From Octopus sinensis (taxonomy: Eukaryota), in contig NC_043002.1 of NCBI RefSeq assembly GCF_006345805.1, positions 116,312,001-116,376,000 on the forward strand: a stretch of DNA of 64,000 nt, in the 5' to 3' direction. The notes beneath the pieces were generated by a model. The model saw only the letters and a list, made by a program, of their open reading frames with translations, did no database searches and had not been told where the DNA came from. Positions 38,672 to 53,420 of this stretch are shown piece after piece; positions within the stretch are counted from its first letter, which is position 1, and every line of letters begins with the position of its first letter. The position numbers and the translations under genes were made by a program.

Positions 38672-38871
38672 CTGATTTAGAAATGTTTGGCTCAGGTTGT
38701 GTCGAGATTCTCGCGGGCTGCATACAATATATCGTGTCTGTGTCATGTACAATGAATTTTTTATGACAGAACTTATTCTCAGTTCCATAATATCTTGAGA
38801 CGTTGTGTTGATGGTATATTTTACCAGATATTTCCCTGCATATAACATCTGGTTCGCTAAGTCTTGACATT
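38672..38871 (-). CDS. iGluR ATD exon
   Basis: tttaaacag|AA...CAG|gtttgt, 200 nt, phase 1/0. (E)CQDLANQMLYAGKYLVKYTINTTSQDIMELRISSVIKNSLYMTQTRYIVCSPRESRHNLSQTFLNQ, in frame with the preceding exon. Confidence 0.8.
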
Positions 38872-38984
38872 CTGTTTAAAAGTAGAAGACAAAATAATTG
38901 ATTTTAATATTGATTTTTAAGGATACTAAATTTCTACAATTTTCACATTAATAAATTTCATATATCTCAGTATGTTGTGAACCA

Positions 38985-39140
38985 TCACCTTCTTCGCCAC
39001 CACCTACACCGCCGCCGCCGCCACTGCCGCCGCCGCCACTGCCGCCGCCGCCACTAACAATGCCACAACTCACCCCACCCCAACAAAAACAACATCAATT
39101 CCACCGACAAGCACCACCAACAAGAACAATAACAATACTT
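38985..39140. repeat. Graded trinucleotide low-complexity tract (GCC to ACC to AAC to AAT)
   Basis: ccgccgccgccact x3 followed by C/A-rich triplets. Confidence 0.8.
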
Positions 39141-39778
39141 ATTGCTCGCTATAAATTTTAGCATCACCAATATCTTTACACTTAACATCACCAACGGGGT
39201 AATATATATCGTCCTTTCAGCTTTGTTTTCAGAATAAGTTATTAGCCTTTTTCTCTTGTAGCAGAGAAAGTCTTAACGATGGAGCGCATGAGTGGAAACG
39301 GATATCTAGGTTAGTCGTCTGTATTTCTCAACTCGACTATTTTACTCAGTAACAATATTTCCGATAATTTTGTCAGAAGTCATATGACGTACCAAATACA
39401 ATTACTTTTATGTTATCTGCCCAGCTGTACTCACTTGAGTGTGTTAGCATTAGTTTCCAGATATTCTCTTAATCCATTTACTCTCATCACTTTTGGCTAG
39501 CATGAAAAAAAAATTCATCCCTGGCGAAGAAAATGGCAGTTTAATTGATATCAGAAGATAATGATTGAGCTATATCCTGCTAAGCTTCAGAAAAGGAGTA
39601 AACATTTTCCTCCAGCAACATTTTCCGAGATCGAGAGAATTTTCCTGATTTCGAAACTGACAATTTCTGGTCTATCGCGCATTGAAAATGTAAAGAAGGA
39701 AAAACTAGTTTAGCGAGATTTTAACTAAGAAAGATCATCTAAAAAAGAATTGTGATAAAAAATAAATAGATTCCTTAC

Positions 39779-40060
39779 CATAATTATCTTCCTTATTAGC
39801 CGGCATTATCATTACACCACCGTCCCATTTCTTAAGCGCAAACAAATCGACAACAGCTTTATTCTGCTCTCGGGCGGGAGGTCGAATATATATGGTGTTC
39901 TTCCAGCGTATGTTATCTTGTGTTCGACTGCGATCAGCCCAGTGGTTTCCTTTTTCGTCTGTCACTATATATGGCATATTTACTTCGTCTAGTATCATAG
40001 CAAGATTGGCATAATATGGTCCGATTATTAAGAGAGGTGTTTCAAATTCATCAGTTCCAA
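39779..40060 (-). CDS. iGluR ATD exon
   Basis: tttttgtgtag|...G|gtaagg, 282 nt, phase 1/1. GTDEFETPLLIIGPYYANLAMILDEVNMPYIVT..IYIRPPAREQNKAVVDLFALKKWDGGVMI, matching the ATD 'IFGP..IPHI..lrP...ai.dlv....W' pattern. Confidence 0.85.
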
Positions 40061-40245
40061 CTACACAAAAAGAGACAATAGCAATTTGTATCGAAATTGT
40101 GATATAGCTATACCAAACTAAACATGCAATAAACATAGAAAGGTTTAAAGAACAGTATATAATTTTAAAATTAATATGCTAAAAATTCTTGATTTGTATT
40201 GGTTTTGCTTATGTTTAAAAAGATGTTAAAAATATTTGAACTTAC

Positions 40246-40416
40246 TTTCTTTTAGCAGAGATATTCTAATTCCTCTCCATCCATTTTCTGGCATTCTTAA
40301 ATATTCCTCATCCATTACTTTATTGTATGTGGGTCTAATGCGACAATTCTTTAACGTATTATTATGAATAAGATAAACTTGGAAAGTGCTCATCCACTGG
40401 CCGACTGATATCAAAC
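40246..40416 (-). CDS. iGluR exon 2 (start of ATD)
   Basis: ttataattatag|GT...A|gtaagt, 171 nt, phase 1/1, open. (G)LISVGQWMSTFQVYLIHNNTLKNCRIRPTYNKVMDEEYLRMPENGWRGIRISLLKE. Confidence 0.75.
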
Positions 40417-40800
40417 CTATAATTATAAAATTAGCAATGATTAAATGTTTATCGTGACTGCAACGAATCATTCGTAATATTTATACCGAAATTGTGCGAT
40501 AGTAGAATTTAATAAAATTTCGGAAAACCAAACCAAAGACCAGGTTTCAATTCCTGGTTTAAGTCATATCACTTTTGGAACCCAGTAGTGACGTCACATA
40601 TTTTCATTTACTATTTGTTAAAGCGTCTCAAAGTTCGTTTGGTGGCAACAACATATTTTTGTTGTAACAGTTTCAAATAATTACAGGCATTTGTAATCAT
40701 TCCCTAAATATGGAGTCTATATAGATGTCTACAAATTCTTTTCACAGATATCTACATAAAGCTGATGTCGCTTAGTTAATAAGAAATATATATATGTTAT

Positions 40801-41197
40801 TTTATTCTTTTACTTGTTTCAGTCATTTGACTACAGCCATGCTGGAGCACTGCCTTTCGTAGAAACAAATCGACTCCAGGATTTATTCTTTGTAAACCTA
40901 GCGCTTATTCTATCGGTCACTTTTCCGAACCGCTAAGTTATGGGAACGTAAAAACACCAACATCGGTTGTCAGGCGATGGTGGAGGGACAAACACAGACA
41001 CACAAATACATACATACATACATATATATATATATACGACGGGCTTCTTTCAGTTTCCGTCTACCAAATCCATTTACAAGGCTTTGGTCGGCCCGAGGCT
41101 ATAGTAGAAGACACTGGCCCAAGGTACTACGCAGTGGGACTGAACCCGGAACCATGTGGTTGGGAAGCAAGCTTCTTACCACACAGCCACTGCTGCA

Positions 41198-41200
<3 letters not shown>
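40801..41200 (-). mobile_element. Family A tRNA-derived SINE, full length
   Basis: The head on the minus strand has A-box-like tggctgtgtgg and B-box-like ggttcagtccc; body and tail tgactgaaacaagtaaaag are intact. Confidence 0.88.
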
Positions 41201-41470
<270 letters not shown>

Positions 41471-43222
41471 TAAGAAAAGGCACCAATAGTTTCATACTAC
41501 TATGATACTCGAACAAGCATACTTATAAAATACGCCATGTATCTTAAAGCAATCTTTACATTTTAACAGAATACTTTTTAAAAACTTAATCACTCTTTTT
41601 CTCACACTACACATGATATGATCTAATTGGACATTCAAAAGCCCACGGTAATGGGGACATGTGATAACAGTGCATAAATTTTACTGTAATTCGAATATCC
41701 TTTCATTCTCTTCAAACTATTTATACCCATATCATGCTCTTTATATCAGGAATAAACACGTTATAAACATCGTCTCGAATTTTTATGATTGTGATTTGAT
41801 AAACACCAAATGATATTAATTATACTTTTATCCATACAGCATACAATATAATCCACAGTAGGTGGAACTCACCACCTCTGTAAGGCGAGTCACCTAGGTG
41901 AAGGTCACTCTAATGTAAAACTTACAGCTTGCTGGTCACCACAGCCGTCTTAACCAGCTGATACATAATTGTTAGATAGTCACGTCTAAGAGGTCGGATC
42001 GGATTGTGAGAACTACACACTTTTGAACTACTATGCACAGGTAGGAAGAAAAGCCATGCAATGTTAAGGAACAATTTACATAGCCACTTATCGCAAAGAT
42101 TTTCGGACACAAAGAAGCTGCCATTATCATCTCTTATGCAACGTAATGTATTTTGAGCATGTAAAACAGTTTTGTTGTTAGTTTTTGTATTAGAAGCATA
42201 AGAGGAAGTGATCAGAAAGTAGACTGGCCTGACCTCAGGATTTGCTAGGTTTGCAGAACGTGACTCTTTTCACGTGTTCTCATTAAAGTAAAATGTAACT
42301 AAATCAACTCTCATTAAAATCTTGTAAATGGATCGTAGAAAAATCCTATGAGCCATTTGAAAAGACTTCCACTGATCAAGTTTGTACTGGCCATGATTCA
42401 TTTTTATACGTCGAACCATTAAGAAACACTGAAAAGGGAATGTAACAGATGCTGTTTATTTTTAAATGGCTGATATTTTCTTCCATTTTCTTCAGTTTCC
42501 ATACAAGATCGGCGATCAAGTCACTTACCCAATAATTACAACTTTCAAAGCTTGTTGCCACTTTTACATATATTGCAAATGTTTCTTCAAAATGATATAT
42601 TCACTGATAGTAATAGTAACTACAAATATTAAAAGATCATTTCTCTCTCTCTGATTATCACTCCCTCAAATGCCCATCCATGCAACTCATACGCACACAT
42701 ATAAACATATGCTCACTCATATACATATTTTTTTTTCTAGTTTCAGCTCAGAGCTGCGGCCATGCTGATGCACCGCCGTTATATATATATATGAAACAAA
42801 TTGAAATTAATGTTCATTTCATATTTTTCCTTTATTGGGGCAAATTTGTCTTACCGCTATTTCCAGTAGTCATTATAGGTACATTACTGATAGGTTTACT
42901 CAATCGGTCTATTGATCAATTGAAAATTGCACGACCTAAGAACATTGACGCTACTTTCGTCCGAGCCATCTCTGGTTATAACAAGCAAAGCACTGGATGA
43001 ATGGCTATTGTGTAGGGAAGGTGGGAGGAGAAGATGGAAAAACTCAAGTAGGATAGAATAGAGTAGTGAAAGACAAGTTACAAAGGGGTGGAAGTAGATA
43101 AGCGGATAGTATAGGAGTCACTTACTAGAAGTAGGGACATTGTATTGCCAACTTTGGAAGAGGGACAGCGTAAAACATTAATGTTTGTAGTCAAGTCAAC
43201 ACCCATTACCATATCAGCATTG

Positions 43223-44504
43223 TATCAGGTTATCCCATAAGTGCTGTCCGAATTTTGAATAAAGAAAACAAGTGATCAATGTTATATTTAATTGAAATTT
43301 AATCCCCAATGTACTTTCCCTGATTATCTATGACTTCCTTCCATCTATTTACAAGCTTTTTAATTCGATCAATGTAAAACTCTTTTGGTTTCAAAGCGAA
43401 GAACTCTGAAATGTCAGTTTCGACCTTCTCCTGGCTTACGAAAGTTATGTCTCTCAAATGATTCTGTAAACTACGAAACAAATGGTAGTCTGAAGGAGCA
43501 AGGTCGGGAGAATAAGGTAGATGATGAATTTTTTCTCAACCAAGCTCTTCGATCTTCTGTGATGTGATATTTGCAATGTGGGGTCGCGCATTGTCCTGAT
43601 GAAACATCACTCCTTTTCGATTCACTAAAGTGGTTCTTTTTTCTTCAAAACTTGGTTCAAACGCTCTAATTGTTTACAGTAGACTTGAGCATTGATTGTT
43701 GCATTAGGTGGTAACAATTCAAAGTGATTTACTCCTTTCCAATCCCACCAGATATAGAGAAGAACCCTTTTTCGCATGAAGTTCTCTTCTCGATGGTGGT
43801 TGAGCTTTTCCCCTTTTACCAAGCCACTGTTTACGACATTTAACATTTCGATAGAAGATCCATTTTTCGTCACCAGCCACAAGTCTATCTAACAAGCGTG
43901 AAATGAGTTTGCGAGAATGGAGAGAAGAGCAGATATCAACTCGGGAACTGCAGTTGCTTTCGAACAATTCATGAGGCACCTATTTTCCAAGTTTAGGAAC
44001 CTTTTCAAGTTATTGAAGATGGCGATGAACCGTTGTATGGTTTGAACTAAGCTTTATTGCCAATTCTTCAACTGATAATGTAGAATTGTCTTCAAGTAAT
44101 GCCTCAAGGAGCTTATCATCAAACTCAACTGGACGTCTTCATCTCCAAGGCTGAAATCTCCACTTCTGAATTTTGCAAACCATCTTCTGCAAGTTCTTTC
44201 ATTCAAGCACTCTTTCCCATAAGCTGAGTGTATGTTTCGAGTCGCTTCGGCTGCAGAGTTTCCTTTTTTTGTACTCATAAAGCATCACGTGCCTCAATTG
44301 CTCTTTGGATACTTCCATGTTAGAAAGGGTTTTAATCAAATAAATTTTAATTCTATTATTCTGTAAAATAATATTTAATTAGTTTAAATGTACACAAATG
44401 CATAAAAATAATTTTTAATTCCATTAGACATTGTAAAATATTATTAAATTTCATTCAGTTTTAAAAAGGATAAAATCGGACAGAACTAATGGGGTGACCT
44501 GATA
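43223..44504 (-). mobile_element. mariner transposon, full length (about 1.28 kb), degenerate
   Basis: TIRs ta-tcaggt(t/c)a(t/c)ccca(t)aagt.ctgtccga at both ends with TA. STKKGNSAAEATRNI..RRWFAKFRSGDFSL, AGDEKWIFY, LLPPNATINAQVY, KKLVNRWKEVIDNQGKYI. Confidence 0.92.
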
Positions 44505-45361
44505 TATAGGGTAGATATTCTCCAGCCATTATATTGAAATTTGATATGGGCTTTTTATGGACTTGGTCAGTCCAAGATAGTAATGTACAGTTTTTGCTAT
44601 CCAGCATAGTGGAGGAATAATGTTAGAAAATAAAAGGATATTAGTTGTAGTCATGTTGCAGAAGCCAGGAAAGCTCTTATAATCCAGGATATAAATACTG
44701 ATAGATTGAGAGAAGTTAAATATATATATAATAATGGATTATCCTGTAATTAGATAATCTATGAGGGTTCGACAATTTCTTATGTGCATTATATGTAAAA
44801 ACCATTAAAATAAAGGCATACTCAATGCATTCTAGTAAATTGTTGTAACTTCGTAATTTTAAAGTCACTGTCAGTCTTTTCCTTGTAACAGTTTATGTAT
44901 GTATGTATGTATGTATGTATGTATGTATGTATGTATGTATATATATATATAGCGAACATCCACCATGGGTCAACACATTTGCTTAAGGTAAAAATGAATT
45001 CCTCGCTCTTTCGGAAACATCAATCTTCTGTATTGACCGCTTTCCACCACTTTGATCTGTTTTTTGTATTGAATACGTATCGCCACCGTGGGCCACTGCA
45101 TCGAACACTTTGAACATATACTTCAAACTATATATCAACTATACATGAACTATATATCAACTATACATGAACTCTAAGATGTCTGACTCCGTTGTGTATT
45201 ATAAATGAATTTCTTGTGTTTGACGGCATGAGCTGTCTTTTTTTATATATAACTTTTTTTGATAAGGTTCATTTCAGGAACTGAAACATGTTATAATGTA
45301 TATATATAAAAATTAAAAATTGTATAATACTGCAGCATTTTCGAACTTCATTTTTTACAAT

Positions 45362-45392
<31 letters not shown>

Positions 45393-45498
45393 TAAGTGTG
45401 TGTGTGTATATGTATATATATATATATTATATATATATATATTATATATATATATATATATTATATATATATATATATATTGTATATATATATATATT

Positions 45499-45531
<33 letters not shown>

Positions 45532-45533
<2 letters not shown>

Positions 45534-46692
45534 CTGAGCACTCGGTCGTTACGACGATGAGCGTCCCAGCTGATACGATCAATGGAACAGCTTGTTCCTG
45601 AAATGAAAGTGCAAATGTCTGAGCATACATCCAGACCGTGTGGTGCACAAAATTTGATATCATAGATGCATGTATCACAGAAACTAAGTAGTCAAAGCAA
45701 TTAATCGAATCAGGCATGAGATTTATTCCTCTAAATTTGAATGAGAAATTTGAACGTATGAGAAAGTCAAAATGTTCCATGAACGATTTCATAAATGCTC
45801 ATTATGCGCAGCGCCTGAGACACGGCGCACCTGAAGTCGGAGTCCAACTCCCGCGAAACACGCTGCAGCGTGTCTTGCGCAATAGTCTCCAGTGCGGTAG
45901 TGATTCTCTGCTCGAGTTCCTCTAGGGCTATAGGAAGGCCCTTCACATAGCCACATGTTTGCTCTTTCGCTTGTTATCTGCTGTTATGGCGGGAAGGAGC
46001 TGCATTTTGTTGGGTTTTATTAGCAAGTGTTTCCTTAGGACGCGACAAACTGTCGTCTGAGGAATCTGGGCTTCCAGACTTGTTCTTCTTATGGACTTTT
46101 TGGGGCTTTGCTAGAATTTTTGGCGAACCCACTCGACCGTCTCTTCCGATGCTAGTGTCGTTCAGATCCTTTTTCCCTGCACAGACAGACTTCCGCTTTG
46201 AAATTTTTGTGTCATATCCAAATCCGCATTGCCGTTGGTGACTTTTTAGAGACTCTCTCACAAATGCACGCTGCACAGTCTCGTTCGACTGTATTCGAGC
46301 ATACTCTAACACACAAAACACATTTTCTCTTCCATTCAATTCTATTTCTATACCTGAAAAGATAAAGATATCAAACGTTAAACATAATATTCGACGTGTT
46401 TCTACACATGCTGTTAAAATTTGAAGTTATTTGAACAATAACTTGCAAAGTTACTAGATTGCAAAATGATGTCAAATTTTTTGAAACACCCGGTATATAT
46501 ATCCCCTACTGTATTTCTCTGTCACCGCATATGAATGAGAAGTAGGGGTGATGGCAAACCTGGTAGTGGGATTATGAAAGTTCTACGGTGAAAAAATAAT
46601 CAAACAGCGTTTCATCAACTCTACGTGAGTATGTATGTGTATGTAAAAGGTAGGTATGGGAATGTTTGTGAGTGTGAGTGTGTGTGTGTGTG

Positions 46693-46747
<55 letters not shown>

Positions 46748-47944
46748 TATATATATATTTGTATATATATTTGTATATATATATATATATTATATATATA
46801 TATAGCTGAGCACTCGGTCGGTTACGACGATGAGCGTCCCAGCTGATACGATCAATGGAACAGCTTGTTCCTGAAATGAAAGTGCAAATGTCTGAGCATA
46901 CATCCAGACCGTGTGGTGCACAAAATTTGATATCATAGATGCATGTATCACAGAAACTAAGTAGTCAAAGCAAATTAATCGAATCAGGCATGAGATTTAT
47001 TCCTCTAAATTTGAATGAGAAATTTGAACGTATGAGAAAGTCAAAATGTTCCATGAACGATTTCATAAATGCTCATTATGCGCAGCGCCTGAGACACGGC
47101 GCACCTGAAGTCGGGAGTCCAACTCCCGCGAAACACGCTGCAGCGTGTCTTGCGCAATAGTCTCCAGTGCGGTAGTGATTCTCTGCTCGAGTTCCTCTAG
47201 GGCTATAGGAAGGCCCTTCACATAGCCACATGTTTGCTCTTTCGCTTGTTATCTGCTGTTATGGCGGGAAGGAGCTGCATTTTGTTGGGTTTTATTAGCA
47301 AGTGTTTCCTTAGGACGCGACAAACTGTCGTCTGAGGAATCTGGGCTTCCAGACTTGTTCTTCTTATGGACTTTTTGGGGCTTTGCTAGAATTTTTGGCG
47401 AACCCACTCGACCGTCTCTTCCGATGCTAGTGTCGTTCAGATCCTTTTTCCCTGCACAGACAGACTTCCGCTTTGAAATTTTTGTGTCATATCCAAATCC
47501 GCATTGCCGTTGGTGACTTTTTAGAGAACTCTCTCACAAATGCACGCTGCACAGTCTCGTTCGACTGTATTCGAGCATACTCTAACACACAAAACACATT
47601 TTCTCTTCCATTCAATTCTATTTCTATACCTGAAAAGATAAAGATATCAAACGTTAAACATAATATTTCGACGTGTTTCTACACATGCTGTTAAAATTTG
47701 AAGTTATTTGAACAATAACTTGCAAAGTTACTAGATTGCAAAATGATGTCAAATTTTTTGAAACACCCGGTATATATATCCCCTACTGTATTTCTCTGTC
47801 ACCGCATATGAATGAGAAGTAGGGGTGATGGCAAACCTGGTAGTGGGATTATGAAAGTTCTACGGTGAAAAAATAATCAAACAGCGTTTCAACTCTACGT
47901 GAGTATGTATGTGTATGTAAAAGGTAGGTATGGGAATGTTTGTG

Positions 47945-47970
<26 letters not shown>
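45532..47970. repeat. Near-identical tandem duplication, period about 1272 nt
   Basis: 45532-about 46700 versus 46804-about 47970. The copies differ only by a few 1-3 nt indels. Confidence 0.95.
45636..46493 (-). mobile_element. IS630-Tc1-mariner element, internally deleted (copy 1)
   Basis: Imperfect TIR of about 28 nt, ccg(g/t)gtg(t/g)t(t/g)ca(a/c)aaaatttga(c/t)atcat. N-terminal FCVLEYARIQSNETVQRAF (DUF4817-like HTH) is joined to a C-terminal LEELEQRITTALETI..LQRV..ELD segment; the catalytic core is missing. Confidence 0.75.
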
Positions 47971-47985
<15 letters not shown>

Positions 47986-48459
47986 GTGTGTGTATGTGTG
48001 TGAGTGCATGCAATGGAAGTGGGATAGGGAACATACAACGCTGAAAATAAAAATCAAAGAGCGTTTCAAGTCTGTGTGAGTATATATGCGCATGTTTGCG
48101 CGTGTCCAAGGGAAGTATGCGAATGTTTGTATTTGTGATTATTTTGTACCTTATTTATGTATTTTATACTACTATTAGCCGGCATTTTTGAAGGCACGGA
48201 TCCGCTAATACATAATAAAAAAAATATATAACTGCATATTTATATTTATTTATATACATATGTAAAATATATATGTACATGTATGCAAATATATAAAATG
48301 GCTATTTTTATATCATATTAAACGTAGATGTAACTGATCCTCTCATATAGACGTATAGTGCTAAGAGCAGTGACATATACTGTAACAGAGCGGTATGAAT
48401 ATCGGAACTGACAGATCACGTGATTTCAGTGTACTGTGCTTCATCAGTGGCAAGCGGCC

Positions 48460-48969
48460 GGTTTTCTACACACTTTCCGCCTACTTGTAGGCACGAGGCT
48501 TCTATAGAAGACATTTCCCCGAAGTGCCACGCAATGGTACTGAACCCAAAGCCACGTAGCTGTGTAGCGAACCGCTCAGCCATAAAGTCATTCCTGCGCC
48601 TAAAATTATATTAAGACACCTTAGTGCAAGTTCTAGATAGGAGTGAACCCTGCAAAGAATATTCATTGCTGTTTCTACATATGTCTGTACTCACTAGACC
48701 ACTGTGGCTCACATACTCACACATACACATACGCACGCGCACATGCACATATATATGCACATATACATGTATATGTTGCATAGACATGGCTGTGCGGTAA
48801 GAAGTTAGTCTCCCAACCACATAATTGCTGGTTCAGTCTCACTGCGCAGCGCGTTGGGAAAGTGTCTTTAACTATAGCCCTGGATCGACAAAGCCTTGTT
48901 AGTGGATTTGGTAGACGGAAATTGAAAGCTCTCCGTGTATGTGTGTGTTTATGTGTGTGTGTGTGTGTG

Positions 48970-49001
<32 letters not shown>

Positions 49002-49220
49002 CGTGTGCATATGTGTGTGGGTATGCTTGTGTATGTGTGTGTCCTCCTCTACCGCTTGGCAACCAGTGTTGGTTTGTTTACGTCCCCGAAGGTTAGCAAT
49101 AACTTAGTGGTAACGAGAAGCAGGCAAAAATGTAAAAAAGAAAATGTACTGGGGACTAAAACATTTCTAGGCGGTGCCTCAGCATGGTTGGACCCCAATG
49201 ACTGAAACAAATAAAAGATG
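48460..49220. mobile_element. Family A SINE copies (minus fragment 48460-48600; plus full copy 48780-49220)
   Basis: Same head, body and tail motifs as the 40.8 kb copy. Confidence 0.8.
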
Positions 49221-51249
49221 TAAGGATATATACATACGTATACAGCTATACATATATACAAGTATGTGTTTGTGTGTATGTATGTATATATACATTTATA
49301 ATCTCAGAATCGTGTGGCCCTCGCGACGTCAGCTATTTCAATGTCTTTGGTGAATTCTGTTATTGGTTCTCGTGATCTGATTGCCGTCATTCATGTGCAT
49401 TGCCTTTAAGAGTTTGGTCGATTATATTGACTATTCTCTTGAGCAATATATTTCAGACCATATCGCTTATCAATAAGTGTTAAAAATAATACACTAGTAC
49501 ATTGAATATTGTATACTTACACCAGTTTCAGCTATTCAGACTACAATCATTAGCGTCTATCCATAAGGTTTTAGTCGACCATATTGATCTCAGTAATTAG
49601 TTTATCGAACTCTCTTTGCCGAATCGTTAAGTTATTTGGCATAATGGGTTACATCATAAATGCTAAATAATAAACACAGGTAACTAAGTACGCACGTGCA
49701 TAAATACGACGAACTTCCGTAAGAATTCTTTACCTGACTTCTACACGCATCTTATTGATCAGTCTGAAGCTTTTATAAGACTCACGTGATCAAGGTACCA
49801 CGCATTGGGACTGAATCGTGAACCATACTGTTATGCATATGTCTATATATGCAATTGAATTCATATATTCTAAGACTGAATGGTAAATATGTGGTCGTAT
49901 TTTTGAAATAAAATTTTTTTTGTACAGAAATATGAAGCCGATATGAAAGTGAATATAGTGTAAATAACAGCTCTAACGTTGATATTTTCATACACCTTTG
50001 TACATATGTCTATAAAACTAAATCCTATTTATATACATTTTTATTTTATTTTGAATACATTCACACACACACACACACACACACACAGACAGACAGACAG
50101 ACATAGTAGTGCAGAGGCGCATTCACATATTTACACATACATTCATATACATGCTCACAATTTTTCACAAATATTAAAATTATCACATAAAAGCCTACAT
50201 ATTCATTGAGGTAGAAGCATACACATTAAAATGTTCATACAAATTTGCTGCACAAATGTTAGAATTTTTTAAAGTATAATTCTGCAAGTGATCTGTTTAT
50301 ATAAACAGACTATTTACAGAAGTTCTATTACAAAAAAGAAATCCCAACTTATATATGTTTTAAAACTTATATATATTTTTCCTTATTCGTTGCATTTGTA
50401 TAATGCACCATCACTCTGTAGTTGTTTTGCATATGGACACTTGGGAAAACGAAGGGGGCCTATGATTTAACAACATTCACATCCATTACATTAATATAAC
50501 TTTTTGCTTTAGGCATTATTTCCCAGATTAGATTTTCACAATGGAAAACAAGAAATACAAACAAAATCCCTGTAACGAGTTCCCTGAAGCAAATGTTTAT
50601 TCTTGAGCTCCTTTCTAGTATTCTATGTTAAATATATGTCACCCGTGAAGATAATATGATAGTCATGCGTCCCTAAAGACAATGGATATTAGGAAAATTA
50701 CTGTTATATGTGTACAGATGGAGGACTATTGGGTTTCTGTTTACATTCATTTAGCTAAGTACATAATTTATCTATTTTCTTGTTTCAATTTGTTCATGAT
50801 AAGTGATATTCATGTGTTGGGACTAGTCGCTGTCTGTTCTATTCAATGACATTTATTACTTTGTTATTGCTGCATACAAATGGCGATGGAAGAATAAAGC
50901 TACAACGGAGAATTTATCGATATTCGACAGAATATTGATTGAAGTAAATAGACGCTCGTTGAAGCTTCAAGCACTAATTAATATACGTTTTAATTTGATA
51001 TAACTATTTCCCTTATATAGCTATATATTTATTAACAATCGTTATAATCTTTTATGATTATTTTTAGTGTATTTTTTACAGCAACATTTCTGATATTTAA
51101 TAGATTACAAATGTGGTATGAATACATGATTCATTTTCCTCATTATGAAAGAGAGAAACTATTATCACTGTGACATATCTAAAGGAGTGAAGTTCACTCA
51201 GCGTTGCACTTTTTGCGCCAGCTGAAAAAAATCATCATTATATATATAG

Positions 51250-51251
51250 GG

Positions 51252-51297
<46 letters not shown>

Positions 51298-51300
51298 ATA

Positions 51301-51333
<33 letters not shown>

Positions 51334-51449
51334 ATATATATATATATGTGTATAAGTATAATATATATATATATACTTATACATATATATGTATATGTTT
51401 ATACATATATATATATAATATGTATAACATATATATATATATGTATAAG

Positions 51450-51487
<38 letters not shown>

Positions 51488-52052
51488 TATATGTATAAAC
51501 ATATATATATATATATATATGTATAACATATATATATATATATATATGTATATGTATATATGTATATATATATGTATATATATATATGTGTGTAAATATA
51601 CATGTACATATATGTATGCATATGTATGTATATACATGTATATATATATATATATACGCATGTATATGTATATATGTATATGTTTATATATATGCATATA
51701 TATATGTATATGTCTATATATATATATGCATATGTTTATGTATATATGTATATATATGTATATATGTATATATATATTTATATATGTATATATGTGTATA
51801 TATATATTTGCATATATATATATATATATGTGTATATATGTGTATATATACATGTATATATATATGTATGTAAATCTATATGTATATATATATGTACATA
51901 TATATATATACATATATACATTTAAATATATACATATATATATATATATACACATATATACATACATTTATATATATATATATGTTTGCATATATACATG
52001 TATATATATATGTACTTATGTACAAGTATATATATGTATATATATATATTTG

Positions 52053-52101
<49 letters not shown>

Positions 52102-52136
52102 TATATATATGTATATATATATATATATGTATATAT

Positions 52137-52167
<31 letters not shown>

Positions 52168-52200
52168 ATATATATATATATTATATATATATATGCGTGT
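51250..52200. repeat. About 950 nt (TA)n/(TATATG)n array
   Basis: Seen directly. The 336-aa ORF here is a repeat artefact. Confidence 0.95.
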
Positions 52201-52514
52201 GTGAGTTTATGTGAAGATTTTTAGGTTAAAAACCATATCAGTTACAATAGGTCATGATTATTGCCATCTTTCTCTCGTATTGTGCATGTCTCATCTTTTC
52301 CTCTCATTATTCCCTCAGCTCACACTTCTCAACTCTTCGCCACAAATTTCACCTCATCTCCATATTATTAAATTCCTTTGCTAAGTGCCATTAACGATGA
52401 ACTGGCAACCATTCTACCAGTCCATTTGCAGTCTATTTCGTTCAACAACACGGCATATAATTCATTTACTTTCAATGTCATTTATAAACATGCATTCATA
52501 CATATGTATGTATG

Positions 52515-52572
<58 letters not shown>

Positions 52573-52904
52573 CATATAATTTGTATGTATGTATGCATGC
52601 ATGTATGTATGTATGCATGTATGTATGTATAAATTAGACAGAGTAGAGTGGCAAGGACCAAGATGTTTTCAAGTTCACGTAGGCTAGGGTAACTGATTCG
52701 GTTTCTGCAAACCAGAAAATATGTGGTACAATGTGTATAGGGAGAGAACCAAATGCTGATCCGAACGTTTGTTCAAACACGCGCGCGCACACGCACACAC
52801 ACACCCACCACACACACACACACCACACACACACACACTCACACACACACACACACACGCACACACACACTATATATATATATAGACATATATATATATA
52901 TATA

Positions 52905-52969
<65 letters not shown>

Positions 52970-53273
52970 TTATATACAAATATATAGACAATATATATAT
53001 AACTGCAGATTAGATATAAAATGTGAAGAGAGTTTTGTATCGTCAGATGAAGTAGGAGAGAAAATAATTCAAAATGTTGTACAACAGATAGTAAGAGCAC
53101 TTATCAAGTGCCTAAACGATTTTTCTGTTGCGCTTTTGTGTTTGTCTAGATATTTGAATGAAACTTTGAAAACTAGTCTTTGACTGGTTATAGTTATAGA
53201 ATGGCTCTAATCAATGTATATTTATACGAATGTATATTTATTCATAATTAATATGTATGTTCTGTTTATACAC

Positions 53274-53420
53274 TTATTAGCTGCGGAATTTCGTCCGGGA
53301 ATAAGTCACTTTAAGACGTCTAGAGTTAAAAAACACTTGAATAACTCAAAATCTCAGTCTTTTTCTGATAATCGATGACTTATGGAGACTTTTCCACGGA
53401 CGAAATTCCGCAGTTAATAA
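53274..53420. mobile_element. MITE-like foldback, 147 nt
   Basis: ttattagctgcggaatttcgtccg ... cggacgaaattccgcagttaataa (24-nt TIR, 1 mismatch). Confidence 0.7.

Noticed and set aside
41922-42110. Signal-peptide-like ORF with a gtaagt donor as the insulin B-chain exon
   Set aside because: Lacks CG and the second Cys, has no ATG, and the donor is phase 2 rather than phase 1.
42529-42640. QQALKVVIIG|gtaagt as an alternative iGluR first exon
   Set aside because: The donor is phase 2 (phase 1 is needed), there is an in-frame TAA, and no ATG. Exon 56866-56989 fits better.
53009-53090. Plus-strand exon-like segment LDIKCEESFVSSDEVGEKIIQNVVQQI|gtaaga
   Set aside because: No recognisable homology and no partner exons found.
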